64,000 nucleotides of DNA, from assembly GCA_964594455.1 (NCBI GenBank), contig CAZQLY010000007.1, positions 13,586-77,585 of the forward strand, written 5' to 3'. Positions 29,372 through 38,882 of the stretch are shown in pieces. Under the pieces are notes generated by a model that searched no databases, was not told the DNA's origin, and was given only the letters and a program-made list of their open reading frames with translations. The stretch's first letter is position 1. Each line of letters begins with the position of its first letter. This DNA comes from an uncultured Gammaproteobacteria bacterium. Lineage in GTDB: Bacteria; Patescibacteriota; Patescibacteriia; JAHIZJ01. Both the position numbers and the translations under genes were made by a program.

Positions 29372-31996
29372 TTATTTAATTTTTATCTTCCCCTGTTCAA
29401 AGCCGACAATTACATTTTTGCTACCGGTTATCTTACCAGAGATCATTTCCATAGCCAATGGATCCAAAATCTCCTGCTGGATAACCCTTTTCAGTGGCCG
29501 AGCACCATAAGTGGGGTCATAGCCTCTTTCAGCCAAATATTTCTTGACTTTGTCGGTTACTTCTATCTTGACTCTTTTTTCCTCTAAACGCTCAATGACT
29601 TTTTTCAATTGCAAATCCACGATTTTAACCAAATCGGTTTTCCTTAAACTATGGAAAATAATTGTTTCGTCGACACGATTTAAGAATTCTGGTTTGAAAT
29701 GATTACGCATTAATTCCAATATCTTTTCTCGCATAGCATTTTCATTGCTAATTTTTTCACCTTTTTCATCAAATCCCAGCTGGCCTTTTGTCGCCAGGTC
29801 AATAATCATCTGGGAGCCGATATTTGACGTCATTATGATAATGGTGTTTTTGAAATTTACTATTCGACCCTTGGCGTCAGTTAATCTTCCATCATCCAAA
29901 ATTTGCAAAAGCATGTTAAAGACATCAGGATGAGCCTTTTCAATCTCGTCAAAGAGTATCACGGAATAAGGTCTTCGTCTGACCAACTCAGTTAACTGTC
30001 CGCCCTCCTCATAACCAACATACCCCGGTGGCGAGCCAATCATTTTTGAAACGGCGTGTTTTTCCATGTACTCTGACATGTCCAACCGAATCATTGAGTC
30101 TTCATCGTTAAACATAAACTCGGCTAAGGCTCTGGCCAGCTCAGTCTTACCCACTCCGGTTGGTCCGAGAAAGATAAATGACCCGATCGGTCTTTTTTCT
30201 TCGGCAATGCCGGCTCTGGAGCGACGTACTGCATTAGCCACGGCTGTGATCGCTTCTTTTTGCCCGATGATACGCTTTTTCAGCTCATCTTCCATCCGAG
30301 CTAACTTCGACGCCTCGCTCTCCAACATTTTTGATACTGGAATGCCAGTCCAACGTGCTACGACTTCGGCAATATCTTCTTCAGTAACTTCCTCTTTCAA
30401 AATCGATTGGTCTTTCTGTAACTTGGCTAATTTTTTCTCTTCAGCTTTAATAGTCTTTTCCAACTTGGGAATCTGATCATATCTGATTTCGGCAACTTTT
30501 TCTAATTCACCTTTTCTCTCGGCTATTTCAGCTTCACCCTTTTTCTTATCAATCTCAGATTTTGATTCTCTAATTTTGGAAATTATTTCTTTCTCAGCTT
30601 TCCATTGTATTTCTAACTTTTTAACCGACTCTTGCAAGGAAGCAATCTCGCGCTTTAAGGCAGTTAGTCTTCTTTTTGAATCATCGTCTTTCTCTTTGGC
30701 TAAAGCTTTTTGTTCAATCTCCATCTGACGCACTTTTCTTTTCATCTTATCCAGTTCTTCTGGCATGGAGTCAATCTCCATGCGTAGCCCCGAAGTTGCT
30801 TCGTCAATTAAATCAACGGCTTTATCAGGCAAAAATCTATCACTAATATATCTTTGGGACAAGTCAACTGCTGCCACAATAGCCGGATCAGTTATCCTAA
30901 CACCGTGATGGACTTCATACTTTTCTTTTATACCTCTTAATATGGCAATTGTATCTTCAGTGGATGGTTCAGCTACGTATACTGGTTGGAAACGTCTCTC
31001 TAATGCAGCATCTTTTTCGATATATTTTTGATACTCTTTTAAGGTTGTTGCTCCAATAGCGTGTAATTCACCTCGAGCCAGCGGCGGTTTAAGCATGTTA
31101 GAAGCATCAATGGCGCCCTCAGCTCCACCAGCACCGACAATAGTATGAAGCTCGTCAATAAATAATATAATTTTGCCTTCAGCGGCTTTAATTTCCTTTA
31201 AAACGGCTTTCAGCCTATCTTCAAACTCACCTCGGAATTTAGAACCAGCTATCAGAGACCCCATATCCAAGGCGATCAATTCTTTATTTTTTAAACCCTC
31301 GGGAACATCGCCAGACACAATTCTTTGAGCTAGACCTTCGACAATAGCCGTTTTACCTGTTCCTGGTTCACCAATCAAAACCGGATTGTTTTTTGTACGT
31401 CGTGATAGAACCTGCATAATTCTACGCACCTCATCATCACGACCGATAACTGGATCAAGTTTTTTTATCTTAGCTAAACGTGTCAGATTAGCGCTGTATT
31501 TTTCCAAAGCTTGATATTTGCTTTCTGGATCCTGATCAGTTATCCTCTGGGTACCCCGCACGTCCTTTAATACTTTGAGAATATTATCAGTGGTGATGCC
31601 GTTCCTGCCTAAAAGTTCAGCCACTCGTTTGTCTGACTCCAACATGGCCAGAAAGAGATGTTCGGTGCTGATATATTCATCTTTCAATTTTTCCGCTTCT
31701 TTCATTGCCTGATCAATAACATCTTTGAGATTCTTGGTTATAAAAACCTGGGCAATCCCACCGCTTGGCATTTCTACCTTAGGCAATTTATCAATCTCTC
31801 CAAATACATCTGTTTCCAGCTTAGATATTTCAATCCCCAACTTTCTCAGTATTGGTAAAACCACCCCGTCAGTTTGGAATATTAAAGCTGCTAGCAAATG
31901 GAAGGTATCAATCTGCTGTTGCTTCTTTTCAGCCGCTATTCTTTCTGATTTTTGTACCGCTTCTTGAGCTTTTAGAGTAAAATTGTTTGGGTTCAT
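29372..31996 (-). CDS. clpB: ATP-dependent disaggregase ClpB
   Basis: Two AAA+ modules ([16 protein letters not shown]), long middle coiled coil, GYVGYEEGG. Confidence 0.97.
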   Translation of the reverse strand: MNPNNFTLKAQEAVQKSERIAAEKKQQQIDTFHLLAALIFQTDGVVLPILRKLGIEISKLETDVFGEIDKLPKVEMPSGGIAQVFITKNLKDVIDQAMKEAEKLKDEYISTEHLFLAMLESDKRVAELLGRNGITTDNILKVLKDVRGTQRITDQDPESKYQALEKYSANLTRLAKIKKLDPVIGRDDEVRRIMQVLSRRTKNNPVLIGEPGTGKTAIVEGLAQRIVSGDVPEGLKNKELIALDMGSLIAGSKFRGEFEDRLKAVLKEIKAAEGKIILFIDELHTIVGAGGAEGAIDASNMLKPPLARGELHAIGATTLKEYQKYIEKDAALERRFQPVYVAEPSTEDTIAILRGIKEKYEVHHGVRITDPAIVAAVDLSQRYISDRFLPDKAVDLIDEATSGLRMEIDSMPEELDKMKRKVRQMEIEQKALAKEKDDDSKRRLTALKREIASLQESVKKLEIQWKAEKEIISKIRESKSEIDKKKGEAEIAERKGELEKVAEIRYDQIPKLEKTIKAEEKKLAKLQKDQSILKEEVTEEDIAEVVARWTGIPVSKMLESEASKLARMEDELKKRIIGQKEAITAVANAVRRSRAGIAEEKRPIGSFIFLGPTGVGKTELARALAEFMFNDEDSMIRLDMSEYMEKHAVSKMIGSPPGYVGYEEGGQLTELVRRRPYSVILFDEIEKAHPDVFNMLLQILDDGRLTDAKGRIVNFKNTIIIMTSNIGSQMIIDLATKGQLGFDEKGEKISNENAMREKILELMRNHFKPEFLNRVDETIIFHSLRKTDLVKIVDLQLKKVIERLEEKRVKIEVTDKVKKYLAERGYDPTYGARPLKRVIQQEILDPLAMEMISGKITGSKNVIVGFEQGKIKIK

Positions 31997-32041
31997 ATTT
32001 ATCTGACGTTAATTCACAGTGTAAATATGATATAATCAAAA

Positions 32042-32068
32042 TTAGCACTTGTCAAGTTAGAGTGCTAA
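32042..32068 (-). promoter_or_regulatory. CIRCE element (HrcA operator) overlapping the clpB -35
   Basis: TTAGCACTt-N9-GAGTGCTAA; minus-strand TTGACA-17-TATCAT. Confidence 0.9.
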
Positions 32069-32089
32069 TTATGTTTTACACAACTATTG

Positions 32090-32392
32090 TTATGGGTATT
32101 CAATATAGGTTCCTGCTTCTTTTTGGGAAACTATTTCACCGTATTTATCAAGCGTAAACTGTGTTCTGTTTCCTGTGTTGCCCTTGTCTTTACATATTAG
32201 GGTCCACATTCTTTCTGTTTCATGCTCAAATATTGTTTCTATTGATCCACTAGCGCAATATTTATCCTCGGCATATTCAACTAACTGCTCCTGGGTGGCT
32301 AATTCGTCTTTAGTAAATATAGTCAGGAGCAGAATTATAATAATAACCACTAATATGATTATAGCCATTATCATTATTAATCTTTTGCCCAT
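32090..32392 (-). CDS. Hypothetical membrane-anchored protein
   Basis: N-terminal TM, two Cys, 100 aa. Confidence 0.6.
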   Translation of the reverse strand: MGKRLIMIMAIIILVVIIIILLLTIFTKDELATQEQLVEYAEDKYCASGSIETIFEHETERMWTLICKDKGNTGNRTQFTLDKYGEIVSQKEAGTYIEYP

Positions 32393-32455
32393 ATATTTTT
32401 ATAAATTATTATCCTCACCTTTATAATAGATACCCATCACTTTTAGGTCAAATGT

Positions 32456-32911
32456 CTATTGGGAATAACCAATCGGCAACATAACAACTGGCTTCCAGCC
32501 CTTATCAGCTTTTAAAATCTCTTTTATACTGTTTTCCCTGAATCCCCCGACCCAACACGCCGATAAGCCCATATCAACTGCCTGCAGCCAAGCATAGCTC
32601 GCAGCTATTGTGGCATCTTGTATACAATAAAGTTCCCTGCCTCTCTGGCCATAGTTAAGGGCCGATCTTCCAGGTACAGCGAAGAATGCTAGCACCACCG
32701 GAGCCTGTGATATAAATATCTGTAGGTATGAAGCTTTAACTAGTTCTTTCTTAACATCGTCTTCATGAACAACAGAAATTTCTCTGGCTTTCAAATTACC
32801 GGCCGAAGGAGCTGAGTACGCAACTTTCAAGATCTCGTCTAGCTTTTTTTCTTCTATTTCAGTGTCTCTAAACCTTCGAACTGCTTCTCTTTTCTCAAAT
32901 AGTTCATTCAT
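32456..32911 (-). CDS. Nitroreductase family protein
   Basis: RxAVRRF, APSAGN, GLSACWVG, LPIGY. Confidence 0.9.
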   Translation of the reverse strand: MNELFEKREAVRRFRDTEIEEKKLDEILKVAYSAPSAGNLKAREISVVHEDDVKKELVKASYLQIFISQAPVVLAFFAVPGRSALNYGQRGRELYCIQDATIAASYAWLQAVDMGLSACWVGGFRENSIKEILKADKGWKPVVMLPIGYSQ

Positions 32912-32927
32912 ATTTTTATTCTACCAT

Positions 32928-32955
32928 AAAAAAAGAGGACTGGTTATCGGTCCTC
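32928..32955 (-). terminator. Terminator of high-GC cassette 1, overlapping the stop codon
   Basis: gaggac-N9-gtcctc followed by T7. Confidence 0.75.
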
Positions 32956-33585
32956 GGGATTGTAGTCAATGTACGGAATCGGCTCGTCATCAAAGTAGAT
33001 CAACTCGGGGCTGATGTTGGTAATGGGCCGAATTTGGCTTCTCCGTACCGGGATAGCAAACGGCATGCCAGCTTGCATGTGAAAAGCCATGGCGTGTAGC
33101 GAAATGGGCTCGTCTCTGGAATAGCGCCTGACATAATTGCCGAACCGTCTGGAATCTGGATGGACCCAGGCGCTATTCGCGACCAGGACCTCAAAGGTTG
33201 TTGTATCACTATCTGCAGTGGCCACGTTGATTAAAAGCCACTGATCTCCCGGAATCTCTTCGACCCGAGAAGCCTCGTCCTCAGCCGCAATGGCTGATCC
33301 GGCAATCGCACCCATTGGCCCCAAGAGCACAAATCCCAGAACACCACCGCCAGCCGCCGCGCCGCCTACATCACCGGCAACGATCATGGATCCATCTTCG
33401 CTGTGATAAGCATAGTTAACTACCCAGCCTCGATAATACTCAATCCGCATCAAAGAGTCTTGGGTGGCTATTTCCCTTCTCAGTTGCTCATTTCGTTCCG
33501 TCTTCTCCGTCTCGGTGGCACCAAATCCACAACCGCAGGCAATAATCAATATTGCCAAAAAAGGAATCCAACTGTACACCTTCAT
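32944..33585 (-). CDS. High-GC orphan, putative lipoprotein with a glycine-zipper segment
   Basis: IIAC/GCG lipobox-like signal; GGAAAGGGVLGFVLLGPMGAIAGSAIA; SD AAGGAGG. Confidence 0.7.
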   Translation of the reverse strand: MKVYSWIPFLAILIIACGCGFGATETEKTERNEQLRREIATQDSLMRIEYYRGWVVNYAYHSEDGSMIVAGDVGGAAAGGGVLGFVLLGPMGAIAGSAIAAEDEASRVEEIPGDQWLLINVATADSDTTTFEVLVANSAWVHPDSRRFGNYVRRYSRDEPISLHAMAFHMQAGMPFAIPVRRSQIRPITNISPELIYFDDEPIPYIDYNPEDR

Positions 33586-33610
33586 AGTACTTCCCTCCTT
33601 TTACCCACTA

Positions 33611-33663
33611 TCAAAAAGAACAATCAAGGATAAAATCTTAGCAAATGGTTATTTAATAGTCAA
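33611..33663 (-). promoter_or_regulatory. Promoter TTGACT-17-TAAGAT followed by boxA-like TGTTCTTTTTGA
   Basis: -35 at 33658-33663, -10 at 33635-33640, motif at 33611-33622. Confidence 0.65.
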
Positions 33664-33665
33664 TT

Positions 33666-34985
33666 TTATTCGTAGCGCAAAGCCTGAACCGGATCCAAAC
33701 GTGATGCTTTCCAAGCTGGATATAATCCAAATATAACTCCGGTCCCAACCGAAACTAATACCGCCAGTAATATTGCGTCTACGGAAAATACTGCGCTAAC
33801 ACTGACATAGCTGGTAACAATATTAGTAAGTATCTTTCCGATTACTATGCCGAGAATACCTCCCACGCCGGTTAATATTATTGATTCGGTTAAGAACTGA
33901 ATCAGAATGTGTCTGGTTTTGGCACCCACAGCTTTTCTCAAACCTATTTCTTGCGTTCGTTCAGTCACAGAAACCATCATAATATTCATAATTCCAATTC
34001 CACCGACTAATAATGATATAGCGGCCACGCCCGTTAACATATTAGTAAAGACCGATATGGCGTCATCACGAGCATCCAGGATATCTTGAGCGGTCGTAAC
34101 CATAAAATCCGCATCATCAACGTTGTCATAGCCATGATTTTCCAATATAGAGTCCTCTATCTTGGCAGCTAAACTATTAACTGACTCCTCATCAACCGCA
34201 TCCACCGTGATGGAATTAATATTTTCTTGTTCAAAATTAGCCATAGCTGTTGTGTATGGCAGATAAATATTTCTATTACGAACACCAAATCTCATCATTG
34301 GAGCCCCCTCTTCTCCATCTTCGCTTCCTTCTCCTTTCAAAATGCCCGCTATTTTATATTCAATATCACCGATGTTAATCAAGCCATTAATTAATGATTC
34401 CGAATCATCAGAAAATTCTTCAGCCGCACCGCTGTCAAAAATAACGATATTCTCGGCACTTGAGATATTATCTTCCGAAAAATCACGTCCGTATTCTATC
34501 CCTCTGTCGTTCATCACAAAGTAGTTATTTGAAACTCCGATAGCGTTAAACTGCATATCCTCGTTGTTGAAATTGATTGTAATATTGCTGTTTACTTCCG
34601 GGGTAGCATATTCCAACAACCCACCTTCAAAAGTCAAAACATCATCATAATCTTCGGTGGTAAGAGTTGGATCGGTGGGCCGCATTCTAAAAGCCGCCAT
34701 ACCGCCTCCTGGGCCTCCTCCAATACCTAATGCGCCGCCTTCATCCCGATCCTCATCTTCCGATTCTTCTTCCTCTTCAGCAATGGCTTGCGAACTAACC
34801 GTTATAGTTTTAGCTCCTAAAACCGAAAAATTTCCGACCACGTTTTCTTTAACGCCCTGGCCCAGCGAATACAAAGAGATGACTGCGGCAATGCCAATTA
34901 TAATTCCCAAAATTGTCAGGAAACTTCTACCTTTATTGGCTAATATTGCAGTGGTTGACTGGCTAATGATTGACCCCACTTTCAT
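33666..34985 (-). CDS. MacB/FtsX-family ABC permease with an acidic/Gly-rich insert
   Basis: RSFLTILGIIIG; GGIGIMNIMMVSVTERTQEIGLRKAVGA; PVQALRYE. Confidence 0.92.
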   Translation of the reverse strand: MKVGSIISQSTTAILANKGRSFLTILGIIIGIAAVISLYSLGQGVKENVVGNFSVLGAKTITVSSQAIAEEEEESEDEDRDEGGALGIGGGPGGGMAAFRMRPTDPTLTTEDYDDVLTFEGGLLEYATPEVNSNITINFNNEDMQFNAIGVSNNYFVMNDRGIEYGRDFSEDNISSAENIVIFDSGAAEEFSDDSESLINGLINIGDIEYKIAGILKGEGSEDGEEGAPMMRFGVRNRNIYLPYTTAMANFEQENINSITVDAVDEESVNSLAAKIEDSILENHGYDNVDDADFMVTTAQDILDARDDAISVFTNMLTGVAAISLLVGGIGIMNIMMVSVTERTQEIGLRKAVGAKTRHILIQFLTESIILTGVGGILGIVIGKILTNIVTSYVSVSAVFSVDAILLAVLVSVGTGVIFGLYPAWKASRLDPVQALRYE

Positions 34986-35662
34986 ACTGGTTCGTCTTTA
35001 ATTATTTTCCCGTCCAACAATCTGATTATTCGATGAGCATAGCAAGCAATTTCTTCTTCGTGGGTGATAAGAACCACTGTGGTACCCTCTTTGTTTATAT
35101 CCGAAATAATGCTCATTATGCTTTTAGCTGTCATAGAATCAATATTTCCGGTTGGCTCATCTGCTAATAGTATGGTTGGTTCTTTAATTAAAGCTCGTGC
35201 TATAGCCACTCTTTGAATCTGGCCACCTGACAGCTCATTGCTTTTGTGCTCAATGTGGTCAGTCAATCCCAGCTTCTCTATCAACTTCAAAGCTCTAGTA
35301 AAATCACCACTGCGGCTTCGGTAGATTGTCGGCAGCATAATATTATTAACCACAGAAGTTCTCTTCAAGAGATTGAATCTTTGAAAAACAAAACCGATTT
35401 CCTCATTGCGAACATCAGCCAGCTGATTAGCGCTTAGATTTTTTGTATCTTTGTCGTTTAATCTATACTCTCCATCATAATGCTTGTCCAAAAGGCCTAA
35501 GATATGCAACAAAGTAGACTTCCCGCTTCCGGAAGGTCCCATTATGGCCACAAATTCTCCTCTTTTTACCTTTAAATCAATACCGCGCAAAGCGTTAGTC
35601 TGAGCACCTCGTTTAGCTTCATATATTTTTTTAACGTCTTTTAATTCAATTGCAGATTCCAT
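34982..35662 (-). CDS. ABC ATP-binding protein (MacB/LolD type)
   Basis: GPSGSGKST, LSGGQ, ADEPTGN. Confidence 0.95.
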   Translation of the reverse strand: MESAIELKDVKKIYEAKRGAQTNALRGIDLKVKRGEFVAIMGPSGSGKSTLLHILGLLDKHYDGEYRLNDKDTKNLSANQLADVRNEEIGFVFQRFNLLKRTSVVNNIMLPTIYRSRSGDFTRALKLIEKLGLTDHIEHKSNELSGGQIQRVAIARALIKEPTILLADEPTGNIDSMTAKSIMSIISDINKEGTTVVLITHEEEIACYAHRIIRLLDGKIIKDEPV

Positions 35663-36049
35663 CTATTTTGTGAGCTGGTAATATATCTCATTAGCCTGAG
35701 ATAGCGTAATCCCACCCTCCTCAACCGCTTGATCTAGCATTTGTTCAAACTTGGAAACAAATCTCTTATTGTCAGTTCCCATCGGAGAACTCTCTTTCAT
35801 TTCATCAATAGCGTCATAATCAACATCTCCGGTATCTTCATCTATGAATCTTGATATATCCATAAATCCCGGTCCTTGCCGGCCTCCAAACGATCCCTGA
35901 AAATCCCTATTGACCATGGGTCTAAGTTCATCACTACTTTGACCGCCTGGACTGATAATAATGTAAACCAATAAAGATACAGCAACCAGTGAACTGAATA
36001 TTGAAATAGTTTTAAAGGTTTTTAGTTTTTTATAAACTTTTTCATCCAT
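35663..36049 (-). CDS. Hypothetical membrane-anchored protein, first gene of the ABC operon
   Basis: One TM, Gly-rich linker, C-terminal AVEEGGITLSQA; abuts the ATPase gene. Confidence 0.65.
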   Translation of the reverse strand: MDEKVYKKLKTFKTISIFSSLVAVSLLVYIIISPGGQSSDELRPMVNRDFQGSFGGRQGPGFMDISRFIDEDTGDVDYDAIDEMKESSPMGTDNKRFVSKFEQMLDQAVEEGGITLSQANEIYYQLTK

Positions 36050-36149
36050 ATTTATGCATTTACGCTTATAATACAGCGAACTTGGAAAAATTATTTCAAT
36101 AACATCTCTTTATTTACCTCATCAATCAAGAAATACAAAAAAATATTCC

Positions 36150-36240
36150 TTGACCCCCGTTATACAACGGGGCAGGCTTGTGGAGAGATACAATGATGTA
36201 TATCTCCACTCGTTCGCTTCACTCTCTCGGTCGAGAAATA
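36150..36240. repeat. REP-like palindromic cluster
   Basis: ccccgtt-atac-aacgggg; gtggagagatac...gtatatctccac; followed by tcgttcgcttcactctctcggtcga. Confidence 0.5.
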
Positions 36241-36350
36241 ATTTACTCCTAGACTCTCAAATCAATATTAGGGATGGGGGGTATATTAATCTATTCGATG
36301 AAATAATATCTTTTTGGGATTGTAATACATGTGAAGGGGTTCGATCGCGT

Positions 36351-36428
36351 CTAGGGCCGGATGAGAGGACCGAAGATGACGGTCGATCCCTAATTTCCGG
36401 CCCTGGCTATGTCCACCCTCTCTGGACA
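36351..36428 (+). ncRNA. Putative structured 5' leader (unassigned cis-regulatory RNA)
   Basis: 11-bp stem 36351-61/36396-406 enclosing a gaccg/cggtc stem; second hairpin tgtcca/tggaca. Confidence 0.4.
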
Positions 36429-36467
36429 ATGTCATTGCCGAAAAATTAACAATTAAAAATAAGTAAT

Positions 36468-36926
36468 ATGAAAAAAAGAACTCTCATGTCGATTGCCATG
36501 CTGGTCGGTGTAGGAATTATCACCGCTGGTATTGCCTCGGCGAACGGAGGTTTCGGGTTTGGCTTCGGAGCTGACTTGGACCCTGAAGAAGCAGCCAATC
36601 TGGCCACAGAACGCTTCCAGCATCAAGCCGATTTGCTTGAAACTGATGTCGATACAGTCAAGGATGCCTGGTCTCAAGGCAAGCGAATAGACGAACTTGC
36701 TGAAGAGCTCGGTATTGATGAAGAAGCTCTTCAGGCACGTATGCAGGAAGAGCATCAAGCCAGAATGGAAGAGCGCCTACAGTCAATGGTTGATCAGGGC
36801 GTGATAACTCAGGAGCAAATGCAAAACCGCCTTCAATTCATGGAGGACAATGGTTTCCAGGGCAAAGGATTTGGTTCAGGCATGGGTCACCATCATGGTG
36901 GCAAAGGCTTAGGACTCGGTTTCTAA
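36468..36926 (+). CDS. Secreted helical protein with Gly/Phe- and His-rich termini
   Basis: Signal peptide; GVITQEQ motif; C-terminal GMGHHHGG. Confidence 0.75.
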   Translation: MKKRTLMSIAMLVGVGIITAGIASANGGFGFGFGADLDPEEAANLATERFQHQADLLETDVDTVKDAWSQGKRIDELAEELGIDEEALQARMQEEHQARMEERLQSMVDQGVITQEQMQNRLQFMEDNGFQGKGFGSGMGHHHGGKGLGLGF

Positions 36927-36957
36927 CCCTAAACTAAAAATCCACCCCCCCCTAATT

Positions 36958-36990
36958 AAAGAATCCGCCTTAGTACAGGGCGGGTTCTTT
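36958..36990. terminator. Bidirectional terminator
   Basis: aaagaatccgcc...ggcgggttcttt. Confidence 0.65.
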
Positions 36991-37748
36991 TATTGGATTT
37001 CTTTTATTAAAGTATTAAAGAATTGATGTTTAGCCACCTTCTCAAGCCAGGACTTATGACCGCATTTAGGCAGTAAAATGACCTTAAAATCGCTCAAAAT
37101 GGCTTCCAGAGGCTCTTTTACGCCGGTATAGGGGTGAGTGTGTCCTTATCACCGTGGATTGCTATTACAGGGCATTTTATCGATTGACCCATTTTTAGCA
37201 ATTTTCCGCTTTTTCTCAGCTTGTCTGCATCCGGCCAAATGCTCTGGTAGATTTCATAATCGTATTTAATTTCTGCTGAATCTTCTAACGCATCATGGGA
37301 ATCCAGCTGGGACATCAATTTTCCAAACTTTTTGAAAACCTCATTCTTATTACTGTTAGATGAATCGTTTAACTCTCTACTTAATTTATCAAACTGTTGC
37401 TTGTGCTTGCTACTCATTTTTTGAAAAACGAGCCTTATTCATCACATCAACATATTTAGCGTCAAAAGGTCCGCTCGATATTAGGATCAACTTCTTAACC
37501 AAATCAGGATAACGAGCGGCAAAAATCCACCCTAGCCAGGCTCCCCAAGAATATCCAACTAAAACATAGGGCAGCTCACCAGTATCTGTTATTTGCTGTT
37601 TTAATTCTTCCACCTGCCCACTGACAGTCTTCTTTGTTTGATTAGGAGCAATAACACTAAAAGATCGGCTCAGGTACTCAGCCACTGGCTTCATTTCTCC
37701 GACTGCACCGGGGCCGCCGTGGATTAAGACAACTCGTGTTTTTCCCAA
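36990..37748 (-). pseudogene. Alpha/beta hydrolase split by two frameshifts
   Basis: HGGPG and GYSWG in 37410-37748; continues MSSKH...HGDKD; a third frame gives THPYTGVKEPL...CGHKSWLE...EIQ*. Shifts lie at an A6 run (~37416) and an AC repeat (~37140). Confidence 0.8.
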
Positions 37749-37754
37749 ATTGTT

Positions 37755-37877
37755 TTACTTAGATTTATTTTCTTTTCCCGCTTTTGAAAGTAAGAAAATC
37801 ATCCCTCCTAAGCACACCAAAAAAATACCAATGCCGATTGGCGAGCCCCAGCCTAATACCATAAATGCATCTTCCAT
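37755..37877 (-). CDS. 40-aa membrane peptide MEDAFMVLGWGSPIGIGIFLVCLGGMIFLLSKAGKENKSK (not in ORF track)
   Basis: Hand translation; single TM with a basic tail; fills the intergenic gap. Confidence 0.65.
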   Translation of the reverse strand: MEDAFMVLGWGSPIGIGIFLVCLGGMIFLLSKAGKENKSK

Positions 37878-37935
37878 GGTTTTGAAATTTAATAATAATA
37901 ATTAAATAATATACTTATTTCGGAAATATCACAAT

Positions 37936-37968
37936 AAAAAAAGAGGCTCAAGTTTGAGACTCGGCCTC
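37936..37968 (-). terminator. Terminator of high-GC cassette 2, overlapping the stop codon
   Basis: gaggc...gcctc followed by T7. Confidence 0.65.
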
Positions 37969-38121
37969 GCCGTTGGTATCATCACCCAGTCTATCCAGGT
38001 GATCCGCATCACTCTCTTCCAGCGACCTGATGTATGAAATGAACCACCAGGTCATTCCCCAACCGATCAATAGAACTACCAGCACAACAGCTGCCAACAC
38101 TATTTTGAAAAAGAACCACAT
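37948..38121 (-). CDS. 57-aa single-TM protein with an acidic tail (not in ORF track)
   Basis: MWFFFKIVLAAVVLVVLLIGWGMTWWF...GEAESQT*; SD GGGAGG upstream. Confidence 0.7.
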   Translation of the reverse strand: MWFFFKIVLAAVVLVVLLIGWGMTWWFISYIRSLEESDADHLDRLGDDTNGEAESQT

Positions 38122-38136
38122 CTGAACGACCTCCCT

Positions 38137-38402
38137 CTAGTCAGAGCTGCAAACAATCCTAGCCTGCATCTTGGCGGTCATACCCTCACATTCAAGGTTG
38201 ACCCATTTGATGCCGCGGTTAGGCTTGCCAACGCGAGCAACCCTCACCTTGCCTGGACCGCCTTGGATCTGGGTGAATTCCTTTTCCCAGCCCTCTTCGA
38301 ACTTGACGATGGTCGGACCGACAGCCGGAACACCCAATGGTGCGGCAGGATAATGACGGCTTCGGCCTGTCCCTGGGGGACACAAATGCGCACTGTGTTC
38401 AT
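38137..38402 (-). pseudogene. High-GC orphan, apparently frameshifted near 38340
   Basis: SD AGGAGG before ATG 38402 (MNTVRICVPQGQAEAVIILPH); plausible continuation PLGVPAVGPTIVKF...CSSD lies in another frame; span 266 nt = 3n+2. Confidence 0.55.
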
Positions 38403-38430
38403 CGCTTACCTCCTGTTGTGGTTGTAATAG

Positions 38431-38481
38431 CCAAAAAGAACACACCGAACACATCTTACTACTTATTATTAAATACAGCAA
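38431..38481 (-). promoter_or_regulatory. Promoter TTGCTG-17-TAAGAT followed by boxA-like TGTTCTTTTTGG
   Basis: -10 at 38453-38458, motif at 38431-38442; same layout as 33611-33663. Confidence 0.6.
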
Positions 38482-38525
38482 ATATAATAAGCCGGGGGTA
38501 CCGGCATATTACATTTCTAGTTTTA

Positions 38526-38879
38526 TTATTTTTTTTCAGTGATTCTGTTCAAACATAAAAACAAAATACCTACTATGAAAAATGGCAGCCCAGATACTGC
38601 CACCGCGTATAACTCATTACGACCAGCTGTTACATGGGCAAAAATACCAAAAGCTATTCCAGTTATTGCTAAAACCCAGCCCCCCACCTTTTCGTTCTTC
38701 CAGGCAATAATCAAACCTATAGCGTTGCAAATAATCAATACTGTAATACCAAATGACTCCCAGCTAAAGCTTTCACCACCACCTACCCCATAACCCACTC
38801 CCATTAATACCCAAAAAGATACTAGGATAACACCTATCGTCCTTGAAGTAATACGCAATATTTTCTCGTTTTTGATCAT
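38526..38879 (-). CDS. Small 4-TM membrane protein
   Basis: Four hydrophobic helices; AWKNEKVGG loop. Confidence 0.75.
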   Translation of the reverse strand: MIKNEKILRITSRTIGVILVSFWVLMGVGYGVGGGESFSWESFGITVLIICNAIGLIIAWKNEKVGGWVLAITGIAFGIFAHVTAGRNELYAVAVSGLPFFIVGILFLCLNRITEKK

Positions 38880-38882
38880 CGC

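Noticed and set aside
398-31967. Many 60-165 aa ORFs antisense to or nested in housekeeping genes
   Set aside because: They are fully overlapped by well-supported genes and show no recognisable motifs.
36150-36449. 99-aa ORF and a tRNA-like GGTTCGA at ~36338
   Set aside because: The ORF runs through palindromes and has no SD; no T-stem or acceptor stem forms around GGTTCGA.
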